DNA of 64,000 nucleotides from Methanocaldococcus indicus (GTDB lineage Archaea; AGJL01; Methanococci; Methanococcales; Methanocaldococcaceae), in NCBI RefSeq assembly GCF_049554935.1, contig NZ_CP186926.1, positions 992,001-1,056,000 of the forward strand, given 5' to 3'. Below, piece after piece: positions 33,178-42,898 of the stretch; position 1 is the stretch's first letter, and every line of letters begins with the position of its first letter. A program made the position numbers and the translations under genes. The notes beneath the pieces were generated by a model. That model saw only the letters and a list, made by a program, of their open reading frames with translations. It did not search any database and had not been told where the DNA came from.

Positions 33178-34344
33178 TTATTCACTCCAAACAGTTCCAT
33201 TAAGATATGCTAAAATTTTGTCATTAGTTTTGTTATAAACTTTTCCTATTAGGACTTTTAATTTTTCTCCCTCTGATGTATTTATTCTCTCAATCTTTTT
33301 AATTTTTATAACCATTCTCATCTTTCTCATAAACTCCAAATATTCATCTAAATCTTCCTCACTATCAAAAATTAGCTCTATATCTTCTGTTACTCTTTCA
33401 TTATTTGCAACTTTTTTAATACTTTCAACCATTGGGAATATTATACTCTTCCCAATATCATAAGCTCTCTTATCTAAATCTTCATCATTAAATTCATAAG
33501 CCATAAATCCCTCTCTAACAACTCTACTAAATATAAAATCAACACCTAAATCAAAAAAGAAAGTAAATGCCTCTTCTAAATCTTTACAATGAATAAAATG
33601 AGTTGTGTATTTTAGTGGAGGAACAGTCATATCTAAATCTTTTATTACTACCCCTTCCCTACCTTTTTTATCTAATTCTAAAATTATATTTTTAATCTCT
33701 TCATGAGCTATATCTTTATCAACAATTTTTATTGGTTTTGTGTGAGGTAAATTATACTTTTCCAATAAACTTAATCTCTCTTTTACTGGTAGAGAGTTGT
33801 TTGTTTCTTTCTCTTTTATGTCAAATATATAAAATCCTAAATTTTCATATTCTTTCTCAACCTCTTCATAATAAAATGGAGTATATGGATTATTCTTCCC
33901 TATCATTTCTCCACATAACATATAGTTTGGATAATCATCTAAAATATTCAAATCTAAATATTTATTTATTTTTTTAGTTGTAAAAGGACAAATATAACCA
34001 CTTCTTGTCAATGCAACATACTTATCATTAACTTTAACAACTCTAATATTGTATCCATTAAGTTTTTCTTCAATTGCTACCTTATCTACAAAATGGTTTT
34101 TTATAGTTGGATAAAGTGTTATTGCTCTATATGTTTTGGGATAACCTCTAACAACATCTAAATTCTCATTTAAGAAAATAACTGTTCCCTTTTCTAAATG
34201 TTTAAATTCTTTTTTAAAAGTTAGTAATTTTATATCTTTATATTCATACTCCCTTAGGATTCCTTTTTTAAATGCTTTATTTAAATCTTTTAAAGAAATA
34301 TTTAGTTTATTTGCTATATCTTCTAAGTTGTATGTACTAATCAT
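33178..34344 (-). CDS. ATP-dependent RNA ligase (archaeal Rnl3/Pab1020 family)
   Basis: RGYPK, EEKLNGYN (motif I Lys), CGEM, IFDI, REGVVIKD, LKYTT. Confidence 0.88.
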   Translation of the reverse strand: MISTYNLEDIANKLNISLKDLNKAFKKGILREYEYKDIKLLTFKKEFKHLEKGTVIFLNENLDVVRGYPKTYRAITLYPTIKNHFVDKVAIEEKLNGYNIRVVKVNDKYVALTRSGYICPFTTKKINKYLDLNILDDYPNYMLCGEMIGKNNPYTPFYYEEVEKEYENLGFYIFDIKEKETNNSLPVKERLSLLEKYNLPHTKPIKIVDKDIAHEEIKNIILELDKKGREGVVIKDLDMTVPPLKYTTHFIHCKDLEEAFTFFFDLGVDFIFSRVVREGFMAYEFNDEDLDKRAYDIGKSIIFPMVESIKKVANNERVTEDIELIFDSEEDLDEYLEFMRKMRMVIKIKKIERINTSEGEKLKVLIGKVYNKTNDKILAYLNGTVWSE

Positions 34345-34349
34345 TCAAC

Positions 34350-34922
34350 TCACCTTAAATCTTCAATAGTATTTATATTATAGAATGCCTTCTTATCAAA
34401 TAGCTCAGAATTGATATACATAGGATTTAGATGCTTTATAAAATATCTAATAGATAAATTATCTTTTTCTAAAATTATCTTTCTTAAATAAATTAATGAT
34501 TCTCTTTTGTATAATGCAAATAGTGGCTCAATAAAACCATTTTTATGTTTTGGGATAATGCATAAGTTGTTTTTAGCTTCTTTTATTTTTGATATTAGTA
34601 TATCTACATCTTTTTTGGATATTAAGGGACTATCACATGGCAAAACTAAATACCATTCTGCATTTATTGATAGCATTCCACAATATATCCCCATTAATGG
34701 ACCTAAATCATTTATTAAATCAAAAGATAAAGATAATTTATATTTTTTAACAATATCATTTAGGTTTAAATCTTCTCTAACAACTACAACAAAAGGAATA
34801 TTTAGCTCTTTAAGAGTAGTTATAGGATACTCAATTAAATATTTATTTTTAAATTTTCTTAAAGGTTTTTTTCCTCCAATTCTTCTTCCTTTCCCCCCAG
34901 CTAATACAATGCCTGCTATGAT
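34350..34922 (-). CDS. mobA: molybdenum cofactor guanylyltransferase, ATC (or ATA) start
   Basis: Frame open from 34922: (M)IAGIVLAGGKGRRIGGKKP...GPLMGI...PCDSP...EPLFALY...NINT; in-frame TGA at 34931-34929. Confidence 0.88.
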   Translation of the reverse strand: MIAGIVLAGGKGRRIGGKKPLRKFKNKYLIEYPITTLKELNIPFVVVVREDLNLNDIVKKYKLSLSFDLINDLGPLMGIYCGMLSINAEWYLVLPCDSPLISKKDVDILISKIKEAKNNLCIIPKHKNGFIEPLFALYKRESLIYLRKIILEKDNLSIRYFIKHLNPMYINSELFDKKAFYNINTIEDLR

Positions 34923-36160
34923 ATTATCTCACCATTGAATAGTATAGATGGAGCTATTAACTTGCCTCTCTGCTCTATATCATTTAAAGGAATAGCTTCT
35001 TTAAACAACTCAAAAATATTTCCTCCAAATAATCCCTTCTTTATTGGAGTAATTTCTCCATTTTTATATAAGTAGGAGTTTTGTATCTCAACTGAAAAAT
35101 CTCCAGTTATTGGATTTGATGTATGTGCTCCAATAACATTATTTATATAGATATATTCATCAAAATCATTTAAGGAGTATTTACTACTTTCAATTATTAT
35201 ATTTGTTGTTCCAACATGTGGAATAGAGGAATAACTTCTTAAACCATTTCCAGTAGATTCTTTACCTTCTTTATTTGCTCTCTTTATATCATATAAATAA
35301 TTCTTTAAAATTCCATTCTCTACTAAAACAGTTCTCTGTGTTTTTGTTCCTTCTCCATCAACTTTTCCAGAAGCTAAACCATAGTCAATAGTTCCATCAT
35401 CAACTATTGTTATACTGTTGTTAAATATTTCCTCTCCCAATTTTCCTTTTAAATAACTTCTATTCCTTTGGACATTCTCAGCTGAAAAAGCTGGAATTAA
35501 TGTATATCCTAACAAAGACCTCAGAGCTCTTGGAGATAATACTATATTTCCTTTATATTTTATCTTTACCCCATTTTTTGATAATTCAGCCAATTTTAAA
35601 GCTTTTTCTGTTAGCTGTTTTGTATCAAATAGTTTTATAGATGTTTTATATTCATGAGAAGGTTCGTTATCCAACATTATAGATATTCCTGCTGAGAAAG
35701 ATGTAGATGTTTCTTCAACATCTACTCCATTAGAGTTTATTAATCTAAAATATCCTATCTCCTTATCTACACTACCACTTAATACTTCTGCACCTTTTTC
35801 AATAGCTAAATCTCTCATCTCTATTAAATATTCCATTAAATCAGTTTCATCCAAATTTTCTACATCTTTACTAAAAATTTTAGGATTTTTATATTTATCA
35901 GGATAAGAAAAAGATACATACTCATCATAAACTAAGTTTTTCATAGCTTTATACACTATTGATTCATCTAATTTATTTGAATATGCAAAACCAACCTTAT
36001 TATCTTTTAAAACTCTCACACCAATACCATAACTTTTATAATACTCAGAGGTATCTACACTTTTTCCATCCAACTCAATACTTGAACTCTCTCCTTCAAC
36101 ATAATAAACTTCAACATCAAAACCTTCTCTTTCTCCAATTTTCATAATCTTTTCTAACAT
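34916..36160 (-). CDS. TldD/PmbA family protein
   Basis: GIGVRV..GFAYS, DDGT..DGEG, STGNG, NPITGDFS. Confidence 0.9.
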   Translation of the reverse strand: MLEKIMKIGEREGFDVEVYYVEGESSSIELDGKSVDTSEYYKSYGIGVRVLKDNKVGFAYSNKLDESIVYKAMKNLVYDEYVSFSYPDKYKNPKIFSKDVENLDETDLMEYLIEMRDLAIEKGAEVLSGSVDKEIGYFRLINSNGVDVEETSTSFSAGISIMLDNEPSHEYKTSIKLFDTKQLTEKALKLAELSKNGVKIKYKGNIVLSPRALRSLLGYTLIPAFSAENVQRNRSYLKGKLGEEIFNNSITIVDDGTIDYGLASGKVDGEGTKTQRTVLVENGILKNYLYDIKRANKEGKESTGNGLRSYSSIPHVGTTNIIIESSKYSLNDFDEYIYINNVIGAHTSNPITGDFSVEIQNSYLYKNGEITPIKKGLFGGNIFELFKEAIPLNDIEQRGKLIAPSILFNGEIIS

Positions 36161-36164
36161 CTTA

Positions 36165-37334
36165 TCACATATATTTGAATATTTTATAAAATATGTCTGT
36201 TGATGGATGTGTTTCAATAAAATTCTCATAGATATTTATTCCTTTTATATACTGAGCAAAATAAGGAACTACTTCATAGGCAGGAATCATAGTAAGAGCT
36301 CCAACAACTTTATTATTTTCATAGTATATCTTATTTATCCCTATATTATCTAAAACTCTAAAAAAGTTGTTCATTCCAACAGAGCTCTTAACTAATTTAT
36401 ATTTATTTGTTTGCTTTCCTACATAACTAATATTTAGCCTTAATCTTATGTTTTTTGGTATTAAACTATATTCTAATTTTTTCAAAGGTTTATTTTTTGT
36501 TAATCTAATTATATTTTCTGCAACAGTTAGAGCATCAATCCTTGCAGCAGGTGTATTTCCAAAGGAGTTAATTCTACAATCTCCACAAGCAAATTCTTTA
36601 TTATTAATTCTTAAGAATTCATCAGTTTTATATGTTGATTTTCCACCAATTGCTAAGATTTTTAAATAATCATCATTATCTAATAATTCTTTTAATCTAT
36701 CTTTACTGTAAGTTATTTCAAAATCAATTAAATTTTTTTTGATATAGTTCTTTATATCTTCATCCTTGATATCCTTTAATATTTCACTTCTTGAATATAA
36801 GGTAACATCTGAACCAAAGTCAGAAAATACTGGTGCTATCTCCAACCCAACAGTTCCACCACCTATAACTAACAACTTCTCAGGTAGTTCTTTTAAATTT
36901 GGAATATCAGTATGATTTAAAAGTGTTCTATTTTCAAATTCTTTTGTGTAAATTTTACCAGTAGCATAAACTATATAATCATAATCATCTTTATAATCAT
37001 TTTTAAATTCTTTATAAATGATATTAACTCCTGCCTCTTTGGTTTCTTTCTCTAACTTGTTTCTAATTCTATCCAAAACATCTTTAATTTTATTTTGAAG
37101 TTCTTTAAAACTAACTATCTCTTCCAAATGTATTTTTTTATTTTTTATTATTGAGAGATTTATTAAATTATTTGCTATCTCCCTCAAACCTGTGAAGTAT
37201 GTGCATCCATAATTTAAACATGTCCCTCCTAACTTATCTTTTTCATATAAATCAACTTCAAAATTATTTTTAGCTAATATTAAAGAGAGTAATCTTCCTG
37301 CTGGACCAGCTCCAACAATAGCTACTCTACTCAT
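36165..37334 (-). CDS. dihydrolipoamide dehydrogenase-like pyridine nucleotide-disulfide oxidoreductase
   Basis: [31 protein letters not shown]. Confidence 0.85.
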   Translation of the reverse strand: MSRVAIVGAGPAGRLLSLILAKNNFEVDLYEKDKLGGTCLNYGCTYFTGLREIANNLINLSIIKNKKIHLEEIVSFKELQNKIKDVLDRIRNKLEKETKEAGVNIIYKEFKNDYKDDYDYIVYATGKIYTKEFENRTLLNHTDIPNLKELPEKLLVIGGGTVGLEIAPVFSDFGSDVTLYSRSEILKDIKDEDIKNYIKKNLIDFEITYSKDRLKELLDNDDYLKILAIGGKSTYKTDEFLRINNKEFACGDCRINSFGNTPAARIDALTVAENIIRLTKNKPLKKLEYSLIPKNIRLRLNISYVGKQTNKYKLVKSSVGMNNFFRVLDNIGINKIYYENNKVVGALTMIPAYEVVPYFAQYIKGINIYENFIETHPSTDIFYKIFKYM

Positions 37335-37833
37335 GCTTATCCTCTTTCTCCATTTTAAAATCTTCATTTATTTTGATAACTATGTCAGCAATTTTTTGTA
37401 AAGCTGTTGAAAAACCTGGCTCTGCTCCTATAATAATTATTCTTTTTCCCTTTTCTTTTGCTTTTCTTATTGCTGGAAGAAAATCTGCATCTCTTGTAAC
37501 ATAAACAATAGTATCAATACTTGGATTAAAAACTAACTCAGTAGCATCAACAGCCATCTCTACATCCACATCCCCAGCAGATATCCTTGGCTCAAATCCC
37601 TGATTTATAACTGCCTCTATCAATTTATCAGATGCATACTGATTTAAATAAACCCTTCCAATAACTATGTCTCCATATTCCTCTAAAATTTCTCTTATTT
37701 TATCTAAATTTATATTAAACTCTTTTCTTAACATATTTGGGCCATCTATTAATAAAGCAATTTTTGCATTACCTCTCTTCCTTTTAGCTTTTTCATAAAT
37801 TTTATGAGTTAAACTTTCCAATTTTTTCCACAT
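37327..37833 (-). CDS. NYN-domain protein (TIGR00288-like)
   Basis: [23 protein letters not shown]. Confidence 0.88.
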   Translation of the reverse strand: MWKKLESLTHKIYEKAKRKRGNAKIALLIDGPNMLRKEFNINLDKIREILEEYGDIVIGRVYLNQYASDKLIEAVINQGFEPRISAGDVDVEMAVDATELVFNPSIDTIVYVTRDADFLPAIRKAKEKGKRIIIIGAEPGFSTALQKIADIVIKINEDFKMEKEDKHE

Positions 37834-37965
37834 GTATCTCACCAAAATAAACATTGGAATATGTAAGAATATAAGAGCATAAATATAAACAACATTACAA
37901 AAATCCTAATCTTTAATTTATTGTAACAATCTAATATAAAACAGTAATTAACACTAAATAAAATA

Positions 37966-38026
37966 GCGTCTCAGTTAGTGCCGATTTCCTCATCAAATCA
38001 GTGGGGGTAACTATCATCATTGACGC
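37966..38026 (-). ncRNA. C/D box 2'-O-methylation guide sRNA
   Basis: GCGTC stem, C box ATGATGA, guide TAGTTACCCCCA, D' CTGA, C' TTGATGA, guide GGAAATCGGCACTAA, D CTGA, GACGC stem. Confidence 0.9.
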
Positions 38027-38048
38027 ATAAAAAAGAATAATAAAATTT

Positions 38049-38573
38049 TTAGATTTTTAAGAGTTCTCTACCTTTTGAAATAACTATTTTACATGGCATT
38101 GGTAATTTCATAGCAGCTCTTCTTAAAGCCTCTTTTGCAGCTTCATACTTATCTGGATTTACCCAGATTGTTAAAACAGCTTGTCCTTCTTTAACTCTTG
38201 CAGCTGTTCCTATTGGCTTACCAAAAGCCAACCTCATACCATCAGAAATCCTATCTGCCCCAGCTCCTGTAGCCATTTTGTGCTCTCTTAATACTTGGTG
38301 TGGATATACTCTAATTTGGAATTTATATCCCATTCTACCGCACATTTTTGCAATATACTTGTTTGCAGCAACTCTTGCAGCTTCTAATGCATTGTGTCTT
38401 ATTTGAATATCTTTTGTAGATACTAAATCTACTTGAACTGGAAAGTCAGCAGATAAATTACCCATAATGTAATGGACAACTTTTGGTTGTGGAACTCCTT
38501 TTATATACTCTTTTCTTGTGTATGGTGGTTTATCTACATCTCTATAACATCTGTTTGGTCTTAAAGAAGCCAT
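38049..38573 (-). CDS. rpl10e: 50S ribosomal protein L10e (uL16)
   Basis: [28 protein letters not shown]. Confidence 0.97.
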   Translation of the reverse strand: MASLRPNRCYRDVDKPPYTRKEYIKGVPQPKVVHYIMGNLSADFPVQVDLVSTKDIQIRHNALEAARVAANKYIAKMCGRMGYKFQIRVYPHQVLREHKMATGAGADRISDGMRLAFGKPIGTAARVKEGQAVLTIWVNPDKYEAAKEALRRAAMKLPMPCKIVISKGRELLKI

Positions 38574-38682
38574 GTTTTCACCTAAATAATATTTATATTA
38601 TTCAATGCTTTATTTTAATGAGTTAATAAAAATAATTTGTTTTAGTTTATATAATTTATTATTAGATAATGAATTCAAATTT

Positions 38683-38793
38683 TTAAAGGCCTATTAAAAA
38701 TACTGGCACAACTGAAAGGAGCATGATAACTGCAATAATTATAGCAATTATTTGTCTTTTAGTTAAATTTAACTTTTTATTTTTCTTTTTCAT
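38683..38793 (-). CDS. 36-aa single-pass membrane microprotein
   Basis: MKKKNKKLNLTKRQIIAIIIAVIMLLSVVPVFLIGL*; start overlaps the end of cyaB. Confidence 0.6.
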   Translation of the reverse strand: MKKKNKKLNLTKRQIIAIIIAVIMLLSVVPVFLIGL

Positions 38794-39313
38794 ACTCCAT
38801 CATCTCTAAATATGACTTAGTTATTATATTCTCCTTACTAATATTTAAAAGCTCTAACAAGTTTAACAACTCCTGCACATCATTTTTATTATATTCTTCA
38901 GCTTCTTTTTCTAACTCTATAAATGTCCCTAAACCTTCAACATCATCAATACAAACAGTTATATTATTATCTTTCTTATATATTTCTCTGCATTTTTTTA
39001 TAACTCTAACTTCTTTAAATCCAAGTTTTTTTAATATGTTTTTCATCTTTTCTTTATCTTCTATTCTAACTTCTATCTCTTCTCTTGATTTAGATATCTT
39101 ATCTAATTTAGGGCCTTTGTATGTTAAATAATAATTTCCACATACATCTCTTATTCTTAAAGCTTCATCAGTTTCTTTAAAATCTCTATCTATGCCATTA
39201 AAATATATATCCTCTTGATACTCTTTCTTAACAAAAGAAAAATTTAAAGATTTTAATTTTTTTATGATTTCTTCTTTATTATCTATCTTTGCTTTAACTT
39301 CAATCTCAAACAT
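38777..39313 (-). CDS. cyaB: CYTH-domain protein (class IV adenylate cyclase-like)
   Basis: EIEVK, QEDIYF, ALRIR, LTYKGPK, FIELE, SYLE. Confidence 0.88.
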   Translation of the reverse strand: MFEIEVKAKIDNKEEIIKKLKSLNFSFVKKEYQEDIYFNGIDRDFKETDEALRIRDVCGNYYLTYKGPKLDKISKSREEIEVRIEDKEKMKNILKKLGFKEVRVIKKCREIYKKDNNITVCIDDVEGLGTFIELEKEAEEYNKNDVQELLNLLELLNISKENIITKSYLEMMEYEKEK

Positions 39314-39336
39314 AATCTCACAAAAAAAATAAAAAA

Positions 39337-39444
39337 TTAGCTTCTTGCTTTTCTTCTTTCTCTTTTCAATCTTCTTAATCTTTTCTTATACCATTTCCAT
39401 CTCATTCTACCCTTTTTCTTCCATCTTCTTGAACTTCTTTTTAT
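39337..39444 (-). CDS. rpl41e: ribosomal protein eL41/eS32, ATA start
   Basis: (M)[34 protein letters not shown]; GAGGGTGG RBS upstream of ATA. Confidence 0.88.
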   Translation of the reverse strand: MKRSSRRWKKKGRMRWKWYKKRLRRLKRERRKARS

Positions 39445-39504
39445 GTTCCCACCCTCTTTAAAGTTTTTTTGTTTTAAATAAATATAAAAGATATTTAAAC
39501 TTTT

Positions 39505-39735
39505 TTACTTTAACCAGTGTGCTCTTTCAACTTTTATATAGCCATTTTCTGACTTAGAGAGTTTTAGAAACTTTTCTCTAAACTCTTTATCTATTTTAGG
39601 TTCATCTTCTCTTAAAACATTCTTTTTATCAATTATATAGTAACTTTCTTCACCTTCTAAATCAAATTTTTCAAGTATTTCACTAAACTTGTTTATAATC
39701 TCTTCAGCTTCCTTAATTATCTTTTCTTTCTCCAT
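39505..39735 (-). CDS. gatC: Asp/Glu-tRNA amidotransferase subunit C
   Basis: 76 aa with NVLRED and GYIKVE motifs. Confidence 0.8.
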   Translation of the reverse strand: MEKEKIIKEAEEIINKFSEILEKFDLEGEESYYIIDKKNVLREDEPKIDKEFREKFLKLSKSENGYIKVERAHWLK

Positions 39736-39738
39736 AAA

Positions 39739-40611
39739 TTATCCCAACAATCCTACATCTTTAAGAGCTTTTTTTAATATTTCCTTGTTTTCTTCTTTCA
39801 TTTCTGTAAGAGGACTTCTTAATTCACCAGCAGGAAACCCTAAAAGGTTCATTGCAGTTTTTATAGGAATTGGATTTGTTTCTATAAATAAAGCTTTCAT
39901 TAGAGGATACAACTTATAATGTATCTCTCTTGCCTTTTCAAAGTTGTTATTTAAAGCTGAATATACAAGCTCTTTCATCTCTTTTGGTAAGATGTTTGCT
40001 ATAACACTAACAACTCCTTTACCACCTAATGCTAAAATAGGTAGTGTTAGCTCATCATTTCCAGATAAAACCTCTAAATCAGTCTCTAAAATTAACTCAG
40101 AAACTTGTGAGAGATTTGGATTAGCTTCTTTTACAGCTACAATATTACTATACTCATTACTTAAATATTTAGCTGTTTCTACACTCATATTCACTATGCA
40201 TCTTGTTGGGATGTTGTATATTATTATTGGCAAATCTACACTTTCAGCTATTGTTCCAAAATGTTTTTTTAAACCTTCTTGAGTAGGTTTATTGTAATAT
40301 GGAACAACTGATAAAATAGCATCTACTCCAACATCCTCAGCAAATTTAGAAAGTTCTATAGCTTCTTGTGTGTTGTTAGAGCCAGTTCCAGCTATAACTT
40401 TTATTCTCCCATCAACAAACTCAACAGCTTTTTTTATTACTTCTTTATGTTCATCATGTGTAAGTGTAGGACTTTCCCCAGATGTTCCTACAACTACTAT
40501 TCCATCAACATCATTCTCAATTAAAAACTCAATATTCTTTTTTAGTCCATCAAAATCAATGTTGTAATTTTTAAAAGGAGTAATAATAGCAGGATATACA
40601 CCAGAAAACAT
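39739..40611 (-). CDS. dapA: 4-hydroxy-tetrahydrodipicolinate synthase
   Basis: AIITPF, GTSGESPTL, PYYNKP, YNIPTR, VKEA, NPIPIK. Confidence 0.96.
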   Translation of the reverse strand: MFSGVYPAIITPFKNYNIDFDGLKKNIEFLIENDVDGIVVVGTSGESPTLTHDEHKEVIKKAVEFVDGRIKVIAGTGSNNTQEAIELSKFAEDVGVDAILSVVPYYNKPTQEGLKKHFGTIAESVDLPIIIYNIPTRCIVNMSVETAKYLSNEYSNIVAVKEANPNLSQVSELILETDLEVLSGNDELTLPILALGGKGVVSVIANILPKEMKELVYSALNNNFEKAREIHYKLYPLMKALFIETNPIPIKTAMNLLGFPAGELRSPLTEMKEENKEILKKALKDVGLLG

Positions 40612-40619
40612 AAATAAAT

Positions 40620-40811
40620 TCACCTTTGCATCTGTTTCATTTTATGAGTAATATATCCCGCTATTCTGTTTCTTAATCTTTTTGTAGATATCTCAGCTAC
40701 GTCTTCAACTCTTTTTTTATTTTCTTCAAAATCTGTGGTAAAGTAATCTTTATACTTCTTTATTAACTCCAATGCTGTCCTTTTTATAAAGAGTTGTCTC
40801 ACTCTTCCCAT
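40620..40811 (-). CDS. rps17e: 30S ribosomal protein S17e
   Basis: MGRVRQ..FTTDFEENK..LRNRIAGYIT. Confidence 0.97.
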   Translation of the reverse strand: MGRVRQLFIKRTALELIKKYKDYFTTDFEENKKRVEDVAEISTKRLRNRIAGYITHKMKQMQR

Positions 40812-41092
40812 TTTTCCACCTTTTTTATATGTTTTTCTTGAAGTTGTTTGTTATGTTCAATTAATATCTTAAATATTTGAATGGCTATGTTTTCATCTAC
40901 ATTATAGAGCTTACAAAGTTTTTTTATACTTTCGTATTTATATTTTTCCCTCAATGGGTCGTTAATATTTAGTCCTAACTTATATTTAATATTAGCTATA
41001 TCCTTAGCCAACTTATTTCTTTCTGCAATAAGTTTTATAATGTTTTCATCTATCTCATCAATCTTTTTTCTTATACTTTCAAGCTCTTTCAT
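40799..41092 (-). CDS. chorismate mutase (AroQ class)
   Basis: IRKKIDEID..LIAER..IANIK..DPLRE. Confidence 0.88.
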   Translation of the reverse strand: MKELESIRKKIDEIDENIIKLIAERNKLAKDIANIKYKLGLNINDPLREKYKYESIKKLCKLYNVDENIAIQIFKILIEHNKQLQEKHIKKVEKWEE

Positions 41093-41165
41093 AGATATCA
41101 GGGATTATTTTGGTTTTGCATTAAATAATAGTTTAAATAAAGATAGTAGTAAATAGTATAAAAAA

Positions 41166-42872
41166 TTAATATCTAACCTCTAAAATACCCCTATCCCACT
41201 CTAAATAATGGCCTATATCACCAACTTTTGATAAATCAATTATTGGAACAATTGCAGGAGTTGGAGAAATTCCCATCCTCTTCTGGAAATCTGTCTGTTC
41301 TTGGAAAGTTCCACTATTAACTAATACTACTCCTCTATAAATATCATATCCATTTATATGAATATGCCCAGTATGTAAAATATCAATATCTCTATCAATA
41401 ACTAAATAATCTTTATGTTCTGGAGCTATTGGGCATCTACCACCATAAGTAGGACATAATAATCTTCTTTTAATTAGTTCTCTCATAATTGTTGCAGGAT
41501 TTTCATAACTTGCTGTTTTTATTTGACTGACTAAGTCATCAAAACTCCTACCATGATACAGTAATGTGTCAAAACCATGTATATTTAAACAGCAAGGATT
41601 TCCTACAAAATACATATTGTCTCTGTTGAACAACTTTATTATATCATCTGGTAATCTTGGTTGAGGTTCAGCAGGTCTAACAGCATCGTGGTTTCCAGGA
41701 GATATGATAATAGATATATGCTCTGGAATTTGTTCTAAATATAATGCTATCTCTTCATACTGAGATAGAATATCTATCTCATATAAATCTTCCTCTTGTC
41801 CAGGATATACTCCAACTCCATCAACTAAATCTCCTGCAATACAGATATACTTCAATCTACTAACAACTTTTTCCTCTAAACAGTCATTTACATCTCCATT
41901 TAATAGTTTTATGAGTTTTTCAAATTCTCTATGTAAAAATTCTTTACTTCCAATGTGGATATCTGATAAAAACATCATATATATTTGTTCATTAATCTTT
42001 TTTGGTGGTTTTGGAGTAATAGAAGGTCTAATTATTTTATCAACAATAATCATATTATTGTTAGATACCTTTCCAATAGCTCCTATAACCTCATCTAATA
42101 AGATATCATCAGGAATATCTTTATTGTCTATTTTTTCTTTTGGAATTAAAAGAGTAGCTTCATCTTTAGTATCTTCTATTTTAACTCTTAAATGTCCTGT
42201 TTTTGTATAACTAACCTCTGAAACAATGCCAACAACAAAAATATCATCATAGCCCTTATATTTGTTTATTTTATCTAAGTCAATTGGTTTTCTATTTGCT
42301 TTTTTAATAATAAATTTTTTTAATCTTTCATATCTATCTTTAAAATATTCAATAAAATCCTCAATTGTCCCTGTACATGTTGATTTCCCTGTTACATCAG
42401 AATCTTCATAAATCTCTATTTTTTCTTCTATATCTTTTGCTATCCAGTTTATTCTGCTATTTACACTTTCCTTAATTTTTGAGATATATGAAAATCTTCT
42501 TTTTCTATCTTCTAAGTACTTGTTCTTATCCTCTATTTTCTTATCTTTATCTACTTTATTTAGCTCTTCAATCTTTTTTATTATTTCTTCTTCATTAATT
42601 TTTTTCTCTTTCTCTATTTTTTCTTCTTTTTTATCTTCTTCTCCTGTATAGTATTTGATAAAGTCAAAATCTTTATAATTCTCTATGATGTCCTCTAAAC
42701 TTTCAGTTAAAAAAATATCTAAAAACTTCTTGTCTAAGAGTATAAATCTTTTGTTATATTTTTTAAATTCTTTAATTTTGTTTATTAAATCCACTATCTT
42801 ATTGTAATTCTTTAAAAATTCATAAACCTCTGGGGATAATAAAACCTCTAACTCTAAAAATCTCTCTATCAT
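41166..42872 (-). CDS. polB: DNA polymerase D small subunit (DP1)
   Basis: SDIHIGS, AGDLVDG, PGNHD, YHGRSFDD, HTGHIH, NSGTFQEQT. Confidence 0.95.
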   Translation of the reverse strand: MIERFLELEVLLSPEVYEFLKNYNKIVDLINKIKEFKKYNKRFILLDKKFLDIFLTESLEDIIENYKDFDFIKYYTGEEDKKEEKIEKEKKINEEEIIKKIEELNKVDKDKKIEDKNKYLEDRKRRFSYISKIKESVNSRINWIAKDIEEKIEIYEDSDVTGKSTCTGTIEDFIEYFKDRYERLKKFIIKKANRKPIDLDKINKYKGYDDIFVVGIVSEVSYTKTGHLRVKIEDTKDEATLLIPKEKIDNKDIPDDILLDEVIGAIGKVSNNNMIIVDKIIRPSITPKPPKKINEQIYMMFLSDIHIGSKEFLHREFEKLIKLLNGDVNDCLEEKVVSRLKYICIAGDLVDGVGVYPGQEEDLYEIDILSQYEEIALYLEQIPEHISIIISPGNHDAVRPAEPQPRLPDDIIKLFNRDNMYFVGNPCCLNIHGFDTLLYHGRSFDDLVSQIKTASYENPATIMRELIKRRLLCPTYGGRCPIAPEHKDYLVIDRDIDILHTGHIHINGYDIYRGVVLVNSGTFQEQTDFQKRMGISPTPAIVPIIDLSKVGDIGHYLEWDRGILEVRY

Positions 42873-42898
42873 AGCAATCATCAAAAAAGTAAAATTAA

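Noticed and set aside
37840-37930. Possible short hydrophobic ORF upstream of the NYN gene
   Set aside because: No RBS or convincing start; hydrophobicity is explained by T-rich intergenic composition
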